IMG/VR virus record: IMGVR_UViG_3300049926_000003 | Location: 1-48,058 of that record | Source: a virus | Taxonomy: Duplodnaviria > Caudoviricetes | Length of the DNA: 48,058 nucleotides | Reading direction: 5' to 3' (one strand) | Part shown: one piece after another, positions 1-6,668 of the stretch | Position numbering within the stretch: the stretch's first letter is position 1 | Layout of the letters: each line of letters begins with the position of its first letter | The notes under the pieces: model-generated | Database searches by the model: none | What the model was told of the DNA's origin: nothing | The model's input: only the letters and a program-made list of their open reading frames with translations | Program-made: the position numbers and the translations under genes

Positions 1-115
1 TTTCGTTTCTAAGGTGCCTTAAAATCGTTTTTGTAATTTGATTTTGCAAATTTGAAATTTTTCGTTAGTGGTGTGAGCTCCCTAGACAGTCCGCCACTAG
101 TCTCGCGTTCGACCC
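1..115. repeat. Left copy of direct terminal repeat (or assembly overlap)
   Basis: Bases 1-115 are identical to 47918-48032; both copies run into a C-rich tract where they diverge. Confidence 0.9.
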
Positions 116-150
116 TCCCCCCCCGCCCCTCGGGAGGTCCCGTTTCGCCT

Positions 151-166
151 TGGCCAGTGCTGGCCA
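151..166. repeat. Palindromic motif TGGCCAGTGCTGGCCA, copy 1
   Basis: Exact 16-mer, 7-2-7 inverted repeat; recurs six times in the first 8.4 kb. Confidence 0.9.
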
Positions 167-173
167 GCCAGCT

Positions 174-192
174 AATGAGAGGCAGTAGCAGT
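174..192. promoter_or_regulatory. Weak Fur-box-like site
   Basis: AATGAGAGG-C-AGTAGCAGT, a degenerate 9-1-9 arrangement adjacent to a better box. Confidence 0.3.
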
Positions 193-196
193 CCTT

Positions 197-215
197 ATTG
201 ATAATGAGTCGCAAT
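197..215. promoter_or_regulatory. Fur-box-like site
   Basis: ATTGATAAT-G-AGTCGCAAT; left half 8/9 to AATGATAAT, right half resembles the alphaproteobacterial ATTCGCAAT half-site. Confidence 0.55.
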
Positions 216-225
216 AGCATCTAGC

Positions 226-242
226 ATGATATAACATTACAT
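226..242. promoter_or_regulatory. Zur-box-like site
   Basis: ATGATATAACATTACAT (reverse ATGTAATGTTATATCAT), 3 mismatches to ATGTTATA-N-TATAACAT. Confidence 0.5.
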
Positions 243-286
243 CTTAACATGAAGCAATAACATGGGTTATGTCGATTTCCAAATCT

Positions 287-302
287 GTTCATGTTAGGTT
301 AA
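287..302. promoter_or_regulatory. CtrA-like (or degenerate LexA) site
   Basis: Reverse strand TTAA-CCTAACA-TGAAC (1 mismatch to TTAA-N7-TTAAC); forward strand also reads GTTC-N7-GTTA. Confidence 0.3.
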
Positions 303-359
303 GGTTGGCTCCCCTATACTGGCAGTCTGACCCGAGCCCTGCTTGGTGACGGTCGGGTT

Positions 360-375
360 TGGCCAGTGCTGGCCA
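360..375. repeat. Palindromic motif copy 2
   Basis: Exact TGGCCAGTGCTGGCCA. Confidence 0.9.
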
Positions 376-515
376 GATATGGGAACGCCGGGAGGCAGTC
401 CCCGCTCTTTGATATCGTGAACCCCAACCAACAGTCCGCTTGGCAGTCCGTGCCTTGCGGGGAGGCAGGCGTTCGCAACCGCTCATTGAGCCAACCGTTC
501 GCAACCCTTCCCGTT

Positions 516-531
516 TGGCCAGTGCTGGCCA
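516..531. repeat. Palindromic motif copy 3
   Basis: Exact, extends to TT...AA (515-532); 23 bp upstream of the first gene start. Confidence 0.9.
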
Positions 532-554
532 AGCCTGACTGGAAGGACAAGACA

Positions 555-1349
555 ATGAAAAAGCAAGGAAATCAGCCGCAGCCGCAGATGGAAACAACCG
601 CAGCCGCAGGCTCGCAGGACAGCGAAGCGCAGGGGCAAGTTAGCCCAATCCGCGCCAACAATGTCCTCGATATCGTCGGTCGGGCGCAGTCCGTTGATTT
701 GAGCCGCAAGGCTCAGTTAATGGGAACGGCTCGGCAGGCTCTTGCCCATGCAAAGGACCTCTTTGCTACGGGTGACGGCAACAACGCCGAAGCGACCGAA
801 GCCGCCGACAACGCCGCCCGGTTGCTCTATCAGGCCCGGACCTCCGGCCTCATCAGTGCCGACGAGGTTTCAGGCGCTTTGGGCGATATCTTCGGTTACA
901 AGCCGAAGAATGACGGTTCGCCGGGCAAGACCCCAATGGGACCCGGTGAAGTCATCCGGAAGCGCGTCGTTCGTGCCGTTGCGGCAGTCGAATTTCTGAC
1001 TGGCGGTGACGGCGGGCGTTTCTTCGAGGGCCTGAATTCCGACAAGGTTCAGGAAGTCATGGCGGCGGTCGATAATTCGACCCTCTCCATCTGGACGGCC
1101 TATGACAAGCTCGCCGATATCAAACGGTCGGGCAATGTCACGATTGATACGGCCTTCGACCCGTCGAAAATCGCCAAGATTGCGGCGAAGCTCGGCGAGA
1201 CCGGAGCGGCGCAAGTCTGGGCTGACAGCCCGGCCCTCGTCGCGGCCTATGTCGGCCTCCGTGATGTCATGAATATCGTCGGCGAAGCCGCCGGGCAGAT
1301 TATCGCCCTTCGGCCCGTCGAGGAAGCACCGGCGCAGGCTGCGGCCTAA
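555..1349 (+). CDS. First early protein, 264 aa, unknown function
   Basis: ATG at 555 with GGAAGGA SD; typical codon usage from here on; the upstream extension from 366 crosses regulatory repeats. Confidence 0.8.
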   Translation: MKKQGNQPQPQMETTAAAGSQDSEAQGQVSPIRANNVLDIVGRAQSVDLSRKAQLMGTARQALAHAKDLFATGDGNNAEATEAADNAARLLYQARTSGLISADEVSGALGDIFGYKPKNDGSPGKTPMGPGEVIRKRVVRAVAAVEFLTGGDGGRFFEGLNSDKVQEVMAAVDNSTLSIWTAYDKLADIKRSGNVTIDTAFDPSKIAKIAAKLGETGAAQVWADSPALVAAYVGLRDVMNIVGEAAGQIIALRPVEEAPAQAAA

Positions 1350-1362
1350 TCCGGCAACGGTT

Positions 1363-1463
1363 GGGGTTCATCCTGAAACTAGGGCAGGCGGTCACGCCGA
1401 AACTAGCTAGGGGTGAACCCCTTGGAACCCCTCTAAGAGCCTCATTTGGGGTCCTTAGAGGGG
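1363..1463 (+). terminator. Tandem long hairpins (RNase III-like site and/or weak terminator)
   Basis: GGGGTTCATCC/GGGTGAACCCC stem (1363-1421) with inner stems, then CCCCTCTAAG/CTTAGAGGGG stem (1428-1463) with a weak T tract. Confidence 0.55.
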
Positions 1464-1486
1464 ATTTCGTGCGTCTATCTAATGTC

Positions 1487-1501
1487 GTTCTCGTTTCGTT
1501 C
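1487..1501. promoter_or_regulatory. Alphaproteobacterial LexA (SOS) box
   Basis: Perfect GTTC-N7-GTTC (GTTC TCGTTTC GTTC), intergenic, 5 bp before palindrome copy 4. Confidence 0.6.
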
Positions 1502-1506
1502 TCATT

Positions 1507-1522
1507 TGGCCAGTGCTTGCCA
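1507..1522. repeat. Palindromic motif copy 4 (1 mismatch)
   Basis: TGGCCAGTGCTTGCCA. Confidence 0.85.
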
Positions 1523-1577
1523 AGTTTTTGACTGTGACTGTATTCCACTGGCAGTCACACTCTAAGGCTTGGAGGAA

Positions 1578-1673
1578 ATGACTGTGCCGAAGCTGTCTTA
1601 TGCCGTGATGCGGCGGATATACACTGAAGCCGCACTGAAGGGGACTTATCCCCCTAAGCGCAAAGGGAAATAG
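1578..1673 (+). CDS. Small basic protein, 31 aa (MTVPKLSYAVMRRIYTEAALKGTYPPKRKGK)
   Basis: GGAGG SD; stop 2 nt before the next ATG; below the ORF-track cutoff. Confidence 0.55.
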   Translation: MTVPKLSYAVMRRIYTEAALKGTYPPKRKGK

Positions 1674-1675
1674 CC

Positions 1676-1870
1676 ATGAAGCCGACTGCCCACTGGCGCT
1701 CGGATATCCTCGGGTGCTGGTTAGTAGCAGACGGCGAAACCGGGGAGCTATTCGACTGTGAACATCCATCGGAGGATGACCTCTTGAAGCATCATCCTCA
1801 CTCTGAATACTCCGTCGAGATGGGCGGAGCGCGTGAAGAACAAGAGGAGGACGAGATGAAAAAGGCTTAG
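1676..1870 (+). CDS. Small acidic early protein, 64 aa
   Basis: SD-like AAGGGA; D/E-rich. Confidence 0.65.
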   Translation: MKPTAHWRSDILGCWLVADGETGELFDCEHPSEDDLLKHHPHSEYSVEMGGAREEQEEDEMKKA

Positions 1871-1910
1871 CCAACTGCATATCGACTTCGATCGACTCAT
1901 CAAAAGCCAA

Positions 1911-1947
1911 GGGGAGGGCATTGCGCTCGCCTTACCCTCCCCGTTTT
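1911..1947 (+). terminator. Possible intrinsic terminator
   Basis: GGGGAGGG/CCCTCCCC stem followed by GTTTT. Confidence 0.4.
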
Positions 1948-1958
1948 GAAAGACCGCC

Positions 1959-2324
1959 ATGAAACCCCGGTTAGTGACTTGTGCTACAGTCTTTGCCCGA
2001 CGCGGCGACCCTTGGGTCTCTGGCCGCGAGGGAATAAAAGACTTCGGGCGCAATCCAGATACCGAGGACCCCGACTTCGATTGGTTCTTCAATACGAAGC
2101 GTCCTTCGAGCCATTCGGTTTTCGTCGATCCCCCGAGGGTTGAACGGGAAGCCGATATCAGGCTCAGGACTGCCAACGCCCTATCCAAGATGAACAAGGC
2201 AATTCGTCAGCATGACGGTGCGACGACATTGGTTTCATCCAAGCCGCATTATCAACGGTCTCAGTGTGTCGATGACAAAGGACGCCCTCGCGCTTGTCGG
2301 GGTTGCGGTCGGTGTTGTCCATGA
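1959..2324 (+). CDS. Hypothetical protein with C-terminal CxxCxxCC
   Basis: 121 aa ORF ending CRGCGRCCP; ATGA overlap with next ORF. Confidence 0.6.
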   Translation: MKPRLVTCATVFARRGDPWVSGREGIKDFGRNPDTEDPDFDWFFNTKRPSSHSVFVDPPRVEREADIRLRTANALSKMNKAIRQHDGATTLVSSKPHYQRSQCVDDKGRPRACRGCGRCCP

Positions 2325-2455
2325 CACGGTTCAAGGCATATAAACCCTATCAGACTGTGACGCCTCGCCTAGCCGCGATTGGCATCCGTCATGTCCTAGC
2401 TTCGCCATTGTTGGTTCAACCGGACTCTCTTTGGTTGCTGACTCTGTTTGGATAG
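2321..2455 (+). CDS. Small hypothetical protein, 44 aa
   Basis: ATGA translational coupling; fills the gap; hydrophobic C-terminus. Confidence 0.45.
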   Translation: MTRFKAYKPYQTVTPRLAAIGIRHVLASPLLVQPDSLWLLTLFG

Positions 2456-2463
2456 GAGGGGAT

Positions 2464-2640
2464 ATGTCAGTCGCACAAACTCAAGCTGCCCGTCGGCTCT
2501 TTCGGTCTTACTATGGCAAACCTATTATCGGTCGGCCACACTACAAGACTAAATCTGCTGCTAAACTCGCCCGGCGGGAGGCCGAGAAGGCGCAGAAGAT
2601 GCGGGATATGATGTCTCGCAAGGGAAAGAAAAAAGGTTAG
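2464..2640 (+). CDS. Small basic protein, 58 aa
   Basis: GGAGG SD before ATG 2464. Confidence 0.65.
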   Translation: MSVAQTQAARRLFRSYYGKPIIGRPHYKTKSAAKLARREAEKAQKMRDMMSRKGKKKG

Positions 2641-2647
2641 CATATCT

Positions 2648-3184
2648 ATGGTTCTCGATGAAGTCTTTGAACTCCTGAAAGCAATCTCCGGCTGCACTTT
2701 TGCGTCGTTAGACAGCAGGACTGAGCCGAAGCCCGGTATCATCTGTATCACAACGGGTGAGAGGGTCATGCTATTCACGAACAAGAAGTCTTCTGGTTAC
2801 GAGAACATGGTTCGGCGTCGGCTTATGGAAGCAGGCAAGAACCCCGATAACTTCGTCTTGAGTGACCTTCCGTGGGGCATTCGAGTCGATGACTCGCCTA
2901 TCATCGAACACGCCGGTCGGTATTATCTACAGACTGTCGTGATGGAACACGGCGAGAGTAAGTATTACATCGGGGCGACCGAGATCGACCCCGCTGCCGT
3001 TGGTATCAGACCACGGCGGACGAACCAAGGGCTTAGTCTTGGCAATGAAGTCATTGTCAAGACTTTCAAGATCGAGAGTATAACGAGGATAACTCTCCTC
3101 GGTCATACTTTCAATGATAATACCGAGGGCAGCGGACGGACTATTCTTCGTCCTAACTATTCCTCAGTCGATACGCGTAAGTAA
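2648..3184 (+). CDS. Conserved hypothetical phage protein
   Basis: YENMVRRRL...LPWG...PIIEH..YYL pattern familiar from uncharacterised phage proteins. Confidence 0.75.
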   Translation: MVLDEVFELLKAISGCTFASLDSRTEPKPGIICITTGERVMLFTNKKSSGYENMVRRRLMEAGKNPDNFVLSDLPWGIRVDDSPIIEHAGRYYLQTVVMEHGESKYYIGATEIDPAAVGIRPRRTNQGLSLGNEVIVKTFKIESITRITLLGHTFNDNTEGSGRTILRPNYSSVDTRK

Positions 3185-3262
3185 ACTGTAACAGTAACCT
3201 AAGTCTAGTCGAGCCTCAGGGGTGGGGCAAGTGAGTCTCCTAGTTTCCAATTCCAACTGACA

Positions 3263-3292
3263 TTTCCCCGCTTCGTCGGGGGGCATTTTTTT
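3263..3292 (+). terminator. Intrinsic terminator
   Basis: TTCCCCG/CGGGGGG stem followed by a run of 7 T. Confidence 0.55.
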
Positions 3293-3344
3293 GTCCTCCG
3301 ATGATTTCGTGTATCCAAGAACCAACTCATATTCGGAGGGTCTG

Positions 3345-3998
3345 ATGTTCGCGCGGTTATTTAGCACATCTATCACGCCAAAAACACCGCTCGCAGAGGT
3401 CACGACACCCGACCAGCTCATAGTAGCCAATGTCCTAGAGTCATTCGTCACCGATCTTCCCGCATGGACTGTCGGCTATGGCGAGCGTCCGTTAAAAGTC
3501 GCCAAGCCTCCGCTTCTTGATCGGGAGAATAAAAACTCCGTCATCAAAGAATACAAGCTAGATCGCGGCAAGCGAGGTAGCAAAGGCTTCATCAAAGCTC
3601 TTACCGTCGAGATGGAGATTGAATACAAAAGGGTATTGTGTGATTATTCTACATATTATCCTAGCGTCAATGGCAAAAGCCTATTTATCAATGGAATTGC
3701 TATTGATCCGAAATATGCATTTACCATACTCACGAAGTATTGGGAGTATCGAGACGTCTTAGAGACCGCCGAAGTGACTGCAAGGCGTGCCCTCGCCGAT
3801 ATGGAGGCGAATGAGGCCCGGTGGAACCTCGCCGAAGAACTCCTGAACATGCGCCGCGACGGCAATGGTAGACTAGTCGCCAAGGATGACCACATAGGGT
3901 TGGGTTTCACGGCCAATGAGCATACGCCAAGGCCGCGCCGGAAGCGCGCCAAGCCCATTGACTACGGGGACGCCGGTGGCCTAACTTGTTGTTCTTAA
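3345..3998 (+). CDS. Hypothetical protein
   Basis: GGAGG SD before ATG 3345. Confidence 0.75.
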   Translation: MFARLFSTSITPKTPLAEVTTPDQLIVANVLESFVTDLPAWTVGYGERPLKVAKPPLLDRENKNSVIKEYKLDRGKRGSKGFIKALTVEMEIEYKRVLCDYSTYYPSVNGKSLFINGIAIDPKYAFTILTKYWEYRDVLETAEVTARRALADMEANEARWNLAEELLNMRRDGNGRLVAKDDHIGLGFTANEHTPRPRRKRAKPIDYGDAGGLTCCS

Positions 3999-4008
3999 AG
4001 GGGGATTT

Positions 4009-4362
4009 ATGGAAATGCTCAAGGCTCTATGGCCTCCGCTGTCGCTGATGCTATTCGGTGTCGTCCTGACACCATTTACATTGGCAGGGATTGTCTTTGT
4101 TATCTGGGGGGCGGCCGATACACTCGGGCGATACAAGGACTATCTCTACCTTTCGTCGTTTGAATACCTAGGTGAAAGGCTTGCTCTTTTCTACGGTAGA
4201 TCGTTTTGCGGACGGAATATCGTCAGGGCAATCGAGCCTGCCTACGGGGATTTGTTCCACCTATCGGGGTATCGGTGGTATCATATAGTCCCCGATGGAT
4301 TTCCTGCCGTTCTCTTCAATCGCCGCTTCTGGGTGACGCTCGTGAAAGGTCATGTCTCATGA
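4009..4362 (+). CDS. Membrane protein, hypothetical
   Basis: Hydrophobic N-terminal segment; SD AAGGGGG. Confidence 0.7.
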   Translation: MEMLKALWPPLSLMLFGVVLTPFTLAGIVFVIWGAADTLGRYKDYLYLSSFEYLGERLALFYGRSFCGRNIVRAIEPAYGDLFHLSGYRWYHIVPDGFPAVLFNRRFWVTLVKGHVS

Positions 4363-4721
4363 TTTTCGATAGGATCAACAAGCTCCTCGTTGCCAACGGT
4401 CTTCCTATTATCGGGAAGGGGTGGCAGATACTCGGGACAGAGCCGAAGTCATGGACTCCACTTCATGACGCCCTCGATATCCTTGATGAAGCCGTCGGCA
4501 TTGACACCAAGGGCGAGGCATCGTGGGGGGCATACGGTATCTGGCATCCGTATGGCAACCAAGTCGGGGCTCGGGTGAGGCTCCACGAGGAGCAGAGAAT
4601 TCTCTCGACTAATCAATCCGAGATCAATCGGTATGCCGAGAGCCTTCCTAAGGCGAAATGCCTTTGTCTAGGACCAGATTATTTTCACCTTGGACGAGAA
4701 GCCGAGGAGGTGTTCGGTTAA
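4359..4721 (+). CDS. Hypothetical protein
   Basis: ATGA overlap with the preceding gene. Confidence 0.65.
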   Translation: MIFDRINKLLVANGLPIIGKGWQILGTEPKSWTPLHDALDILDEAVGIDTKGEASWGAYGIWHPYGNQVGARVRLHEEQRILSTNQSEINRYAESLPKAKCLCLGPDYFHLGREAEEVFG

Positions 4722-4725
4722 AACA

Positions 4726-4762
4726 GAACAAAAGGGGAACAAACAGGGAACATAGTGAGAAC
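4726..4762. promoter_or_regulatory. Tandem alphaproteobacterial LexA (SOS) boxes
   Basis: GAAC at 4726, 4737, 4748 and 4759: GAAC-N7-GAAC-N7-GAAC-N7-GAAC in an intergenic gap. Confidence 0.75.
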
Positions 4763-4768
4763 AGACAT

Positions 4769-4784
4769 TGGCCAGTGCTGGCCA
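4769..4784. repeat. Palindromic motif copy 5
   Basis: Exact; lies between the SOS boxes and the GGCT ribosome-binding site. Confidence 0.9.
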
Positions 4785-4799
4785 AGATTGGAGAGCGTG

Positions 4800-5225
4800 A
4801 TGAAGAACGACATGGTATTCGTCTATGGGACGCTCCGGAAAGGCGAGAGGGCCGATCTGTCGAAGCATTCCCATCAATTCTGTGTCGACTTCATCAGTCC
4901 TGATGCGATTAATGGTTCGCTCTACCATCTCGGGGCATTTCCGGGGGTGAAGATACCCGACGGGCTAGTCGGCTTCGACGGGTCTAAGCCAGTCGTCAGG
5001 GGTGAGACATTTCGCATTCGAGATGCATCTATCATGGTTTTGCTGGATCACTACGAGGGTTATCCCACGCTATATGACCGGATGAAGGTCACGACGGAGC
5101 GAGGCCGCGAGGCTTGGGTCTATACCTACAACCCTCCGGTGCATCCAGAACAGCTCATTCCCTCCGGGGACTGGAAAAACAGCGACAAGGTTGTCGAAAT
5201 GGCCCACCGGGGCGTCATTCGTTAA
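4800..5225 (+). CDS. Gamma-glutamylcyclotransferase (AIG2/YtfP-like)
   Basis: VFVYGTLRKG, LGAFPG, V.GE, LDHYEGYP.LY.R, AWVY, SGDW motifs. Confidence 0.92.
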   Translation: MKNDMVFVYGTLRKGERADLSKHSHQFCVDFISPDAINGSLYHLGAFPGVKIPDGLVGFDGSKPVVRGETFRIRDASIMVLLDHYEGYPTLYDRMKVTTERGREAWVYTYNPPVHPEQLIPSGDWKNSDKVVEMAHRGVIR

Positions 5226-5237
5226 TCGGAGGAAGAA

Positions 5238-5720
5238 ATGCGTCTTTATCATCACGGCGGCAAATGCTGCGGCATCAAAATCATCGAGGGTTTTGGCATC
5301 AATCCGACAGGCAATGTCGATCCCAACCATGATACGAACCCCGTTCCAGATGTCCGTGGAATGATAAATAGTGTCACCGACGGAACACTCCCCTGCATGG
5401 GGAAGGAATTCTTTCTAGACGAGGCTCCGCGTGAGACCTATATCCAACGTCTTGATCGACTGATTAATTTCGCCATTAAGAAGAGGTCTGGCGGCCTTCT
5501 TGAGGCGGTTTTGGCGACGGCTTCTTGTCCTTGTTGCAACCAAGTTGCAGTTTGGGGCCCTATTCTCGAAGAGCGGGGCTTCACTCCGGTGACGACGTTC
5601 TACAACAGCAACTCCGGCAACAAGTGCACGGTCTACCACAAGATCGTTACCAGCAAGACGAAACCCGTTCCGAAGACCTATGAAGAGGTCAAGAAGAAAG
5701 CTCCGGTGAACAAGGCATAA
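5238..5720 (+). CDS. Cys-rich hypothetical protein, possible GNAT-like fold
   Basis: CCGIKIIEGF near the N-terminus; LEERGF..VTTFYN near the C-terminus. Confidence 0.75.
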   Translation: MRLYHHGGKCCGIKIIEGFGINPTGNVDPNHDTNPVPDVRGMINSVTDGTLPCMGKEFFLDEAPRETYIQRLDRLINFAIKKRSGGLLEAVLATASCPCCNQVAVWGPILEERGFTPVTTFYNSNSGNKCTVYHKIVTSKTKPVPKTYEEVKKKAPVNKA

Positions 5721-5731
5721 GGAGAACACCC

Positions 5732-6541
5732 ATGAATAACCGTAACCTCGGCATCGAGTTCAATCGTTTCGGCGGGACTATCCCGACGGCCTACTGGGGA
5801 TGCTGCGCCGCCTGCATCATCCAGAATTTCCACTGCGACCCCGATGCCAAGGCGTCGATCCAGATCGTCGAGGGGGACGGCGGCTCACCGATGACGAACG
5901 ACGCAGGCGAATTGATCTTCGCCGGTCCGACGAACGCCGACATCTTTCGGCAGCGTCTCCGCATCGGGACATTCAGCAGCCGGGATATGCCGAACCACGC
6001 CTTCTTCGCCATTCTGACGAAGAACCAGCTCAACACCACCCACGGCAAGCGGTGGCTAGCCCTTCTCAAAGAGAACGGCTTCGAGTTCATTCGGACGGTA
6101 TCGAATTCCGTCTATGGCGGGGCGGGTCTCTCCGACACCCCCGGTGACAATGCTCCGAACTATGTTTTTGGGATGTTCCGGAACATCGGGACGGGCTTCA
6201 TCACCGACCCGTTCACTCCGCCGAAGGAATGGACTGACCTCCCGTCGGTCATGCCCGAGGCGTGGGAGACTGTCGGCCTGACGCCGGAGATCACCGAGAA
6301 GCAACGCGCCGCCCACAAGAAGGCGTGGGAGGCACTCGGCCCGGCGAAGTTCATGACCGAGGCCGAACTCGTTGCAGCCGAAGTCCCTGTGATTATGGCA
6401 GGGCTCCGTTCGTCATTCCCGCCGCAGGCCAAGGCAGCCCGCGAGGAAGCCAAGGGTCTGATCGCCAAGGCGACAGCTACTCTCAAGGCTACCGGGACAC
6501 CCACCAGCGCAGCCGTTCCTTCCCCGCCAGCAACGGCTTGA
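5732..6541 (+). CDS. Hypothetical protein, apparent paralog of the upstream gene
   Basis: CCAACIIQNF and LKENGFEFIRTVSN; AAGGAG SD. Confidence 0.8.
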   Translation: MNNRNLGIEFNRFGGTIPTAYWGCCAACIIQNFHCDPDAKASIQIVEGDGGSPMTNDAGELIFAGPTNADIFRQRLRIGTFSSRDMPNHAFFAILTKNQLNTTHGKRWLALLKENGFEFIRTVSNSVYGGAGLSDTPGDNAPNYVFGMFRNIGTGFITDPFTPPKEWTDLPSVMPEAWETVGLTPEITEKQRAAHKKAWEALGPAKFMTEAELVAAEVPVIMAGLRSSFPPQAKAAREEAKGLIAKATATLKATGTPTSAAVPSPPATA

Positions 6542-6583
6542 CGCGGCATGTAGGGTCGCGCCCTACTAGGTTAGTGGTAACCC

Positions 6584-6653
6584 GAATTGCAGCGAGCCTT
6601 TCTTCGTTATCGGCGAGCGAACCACCGAGGGGGTGCAATGCCCCCACAGTTTC
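6584..6653 (+). ncRNA. Degenerate tRNA-like cloverleaf
   Basis: GAATTG/CAGTTT acceptor-like stem, CGAG/TTCG D-like stem, TCGG/CCGA stem, GGGGG-TGCAATG-CCCCC T-arm. Confidence 0.4.
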
Positions 6654-6668
6654 ACAGGAGAATTCGCC

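Noticed and set aside
366-554. N-terminal extension of the first ORF, and the short - strand ORFs at 289-597
   Set aside because: They translate through the palindromes (WPVLAK/LASTGQ recur as artefacts); the good SD is at 555.
1374-1410. Hammerhead ribozyme (stem followed by GAAAC)
   Set aside because: No CUGANGA core in the required position.
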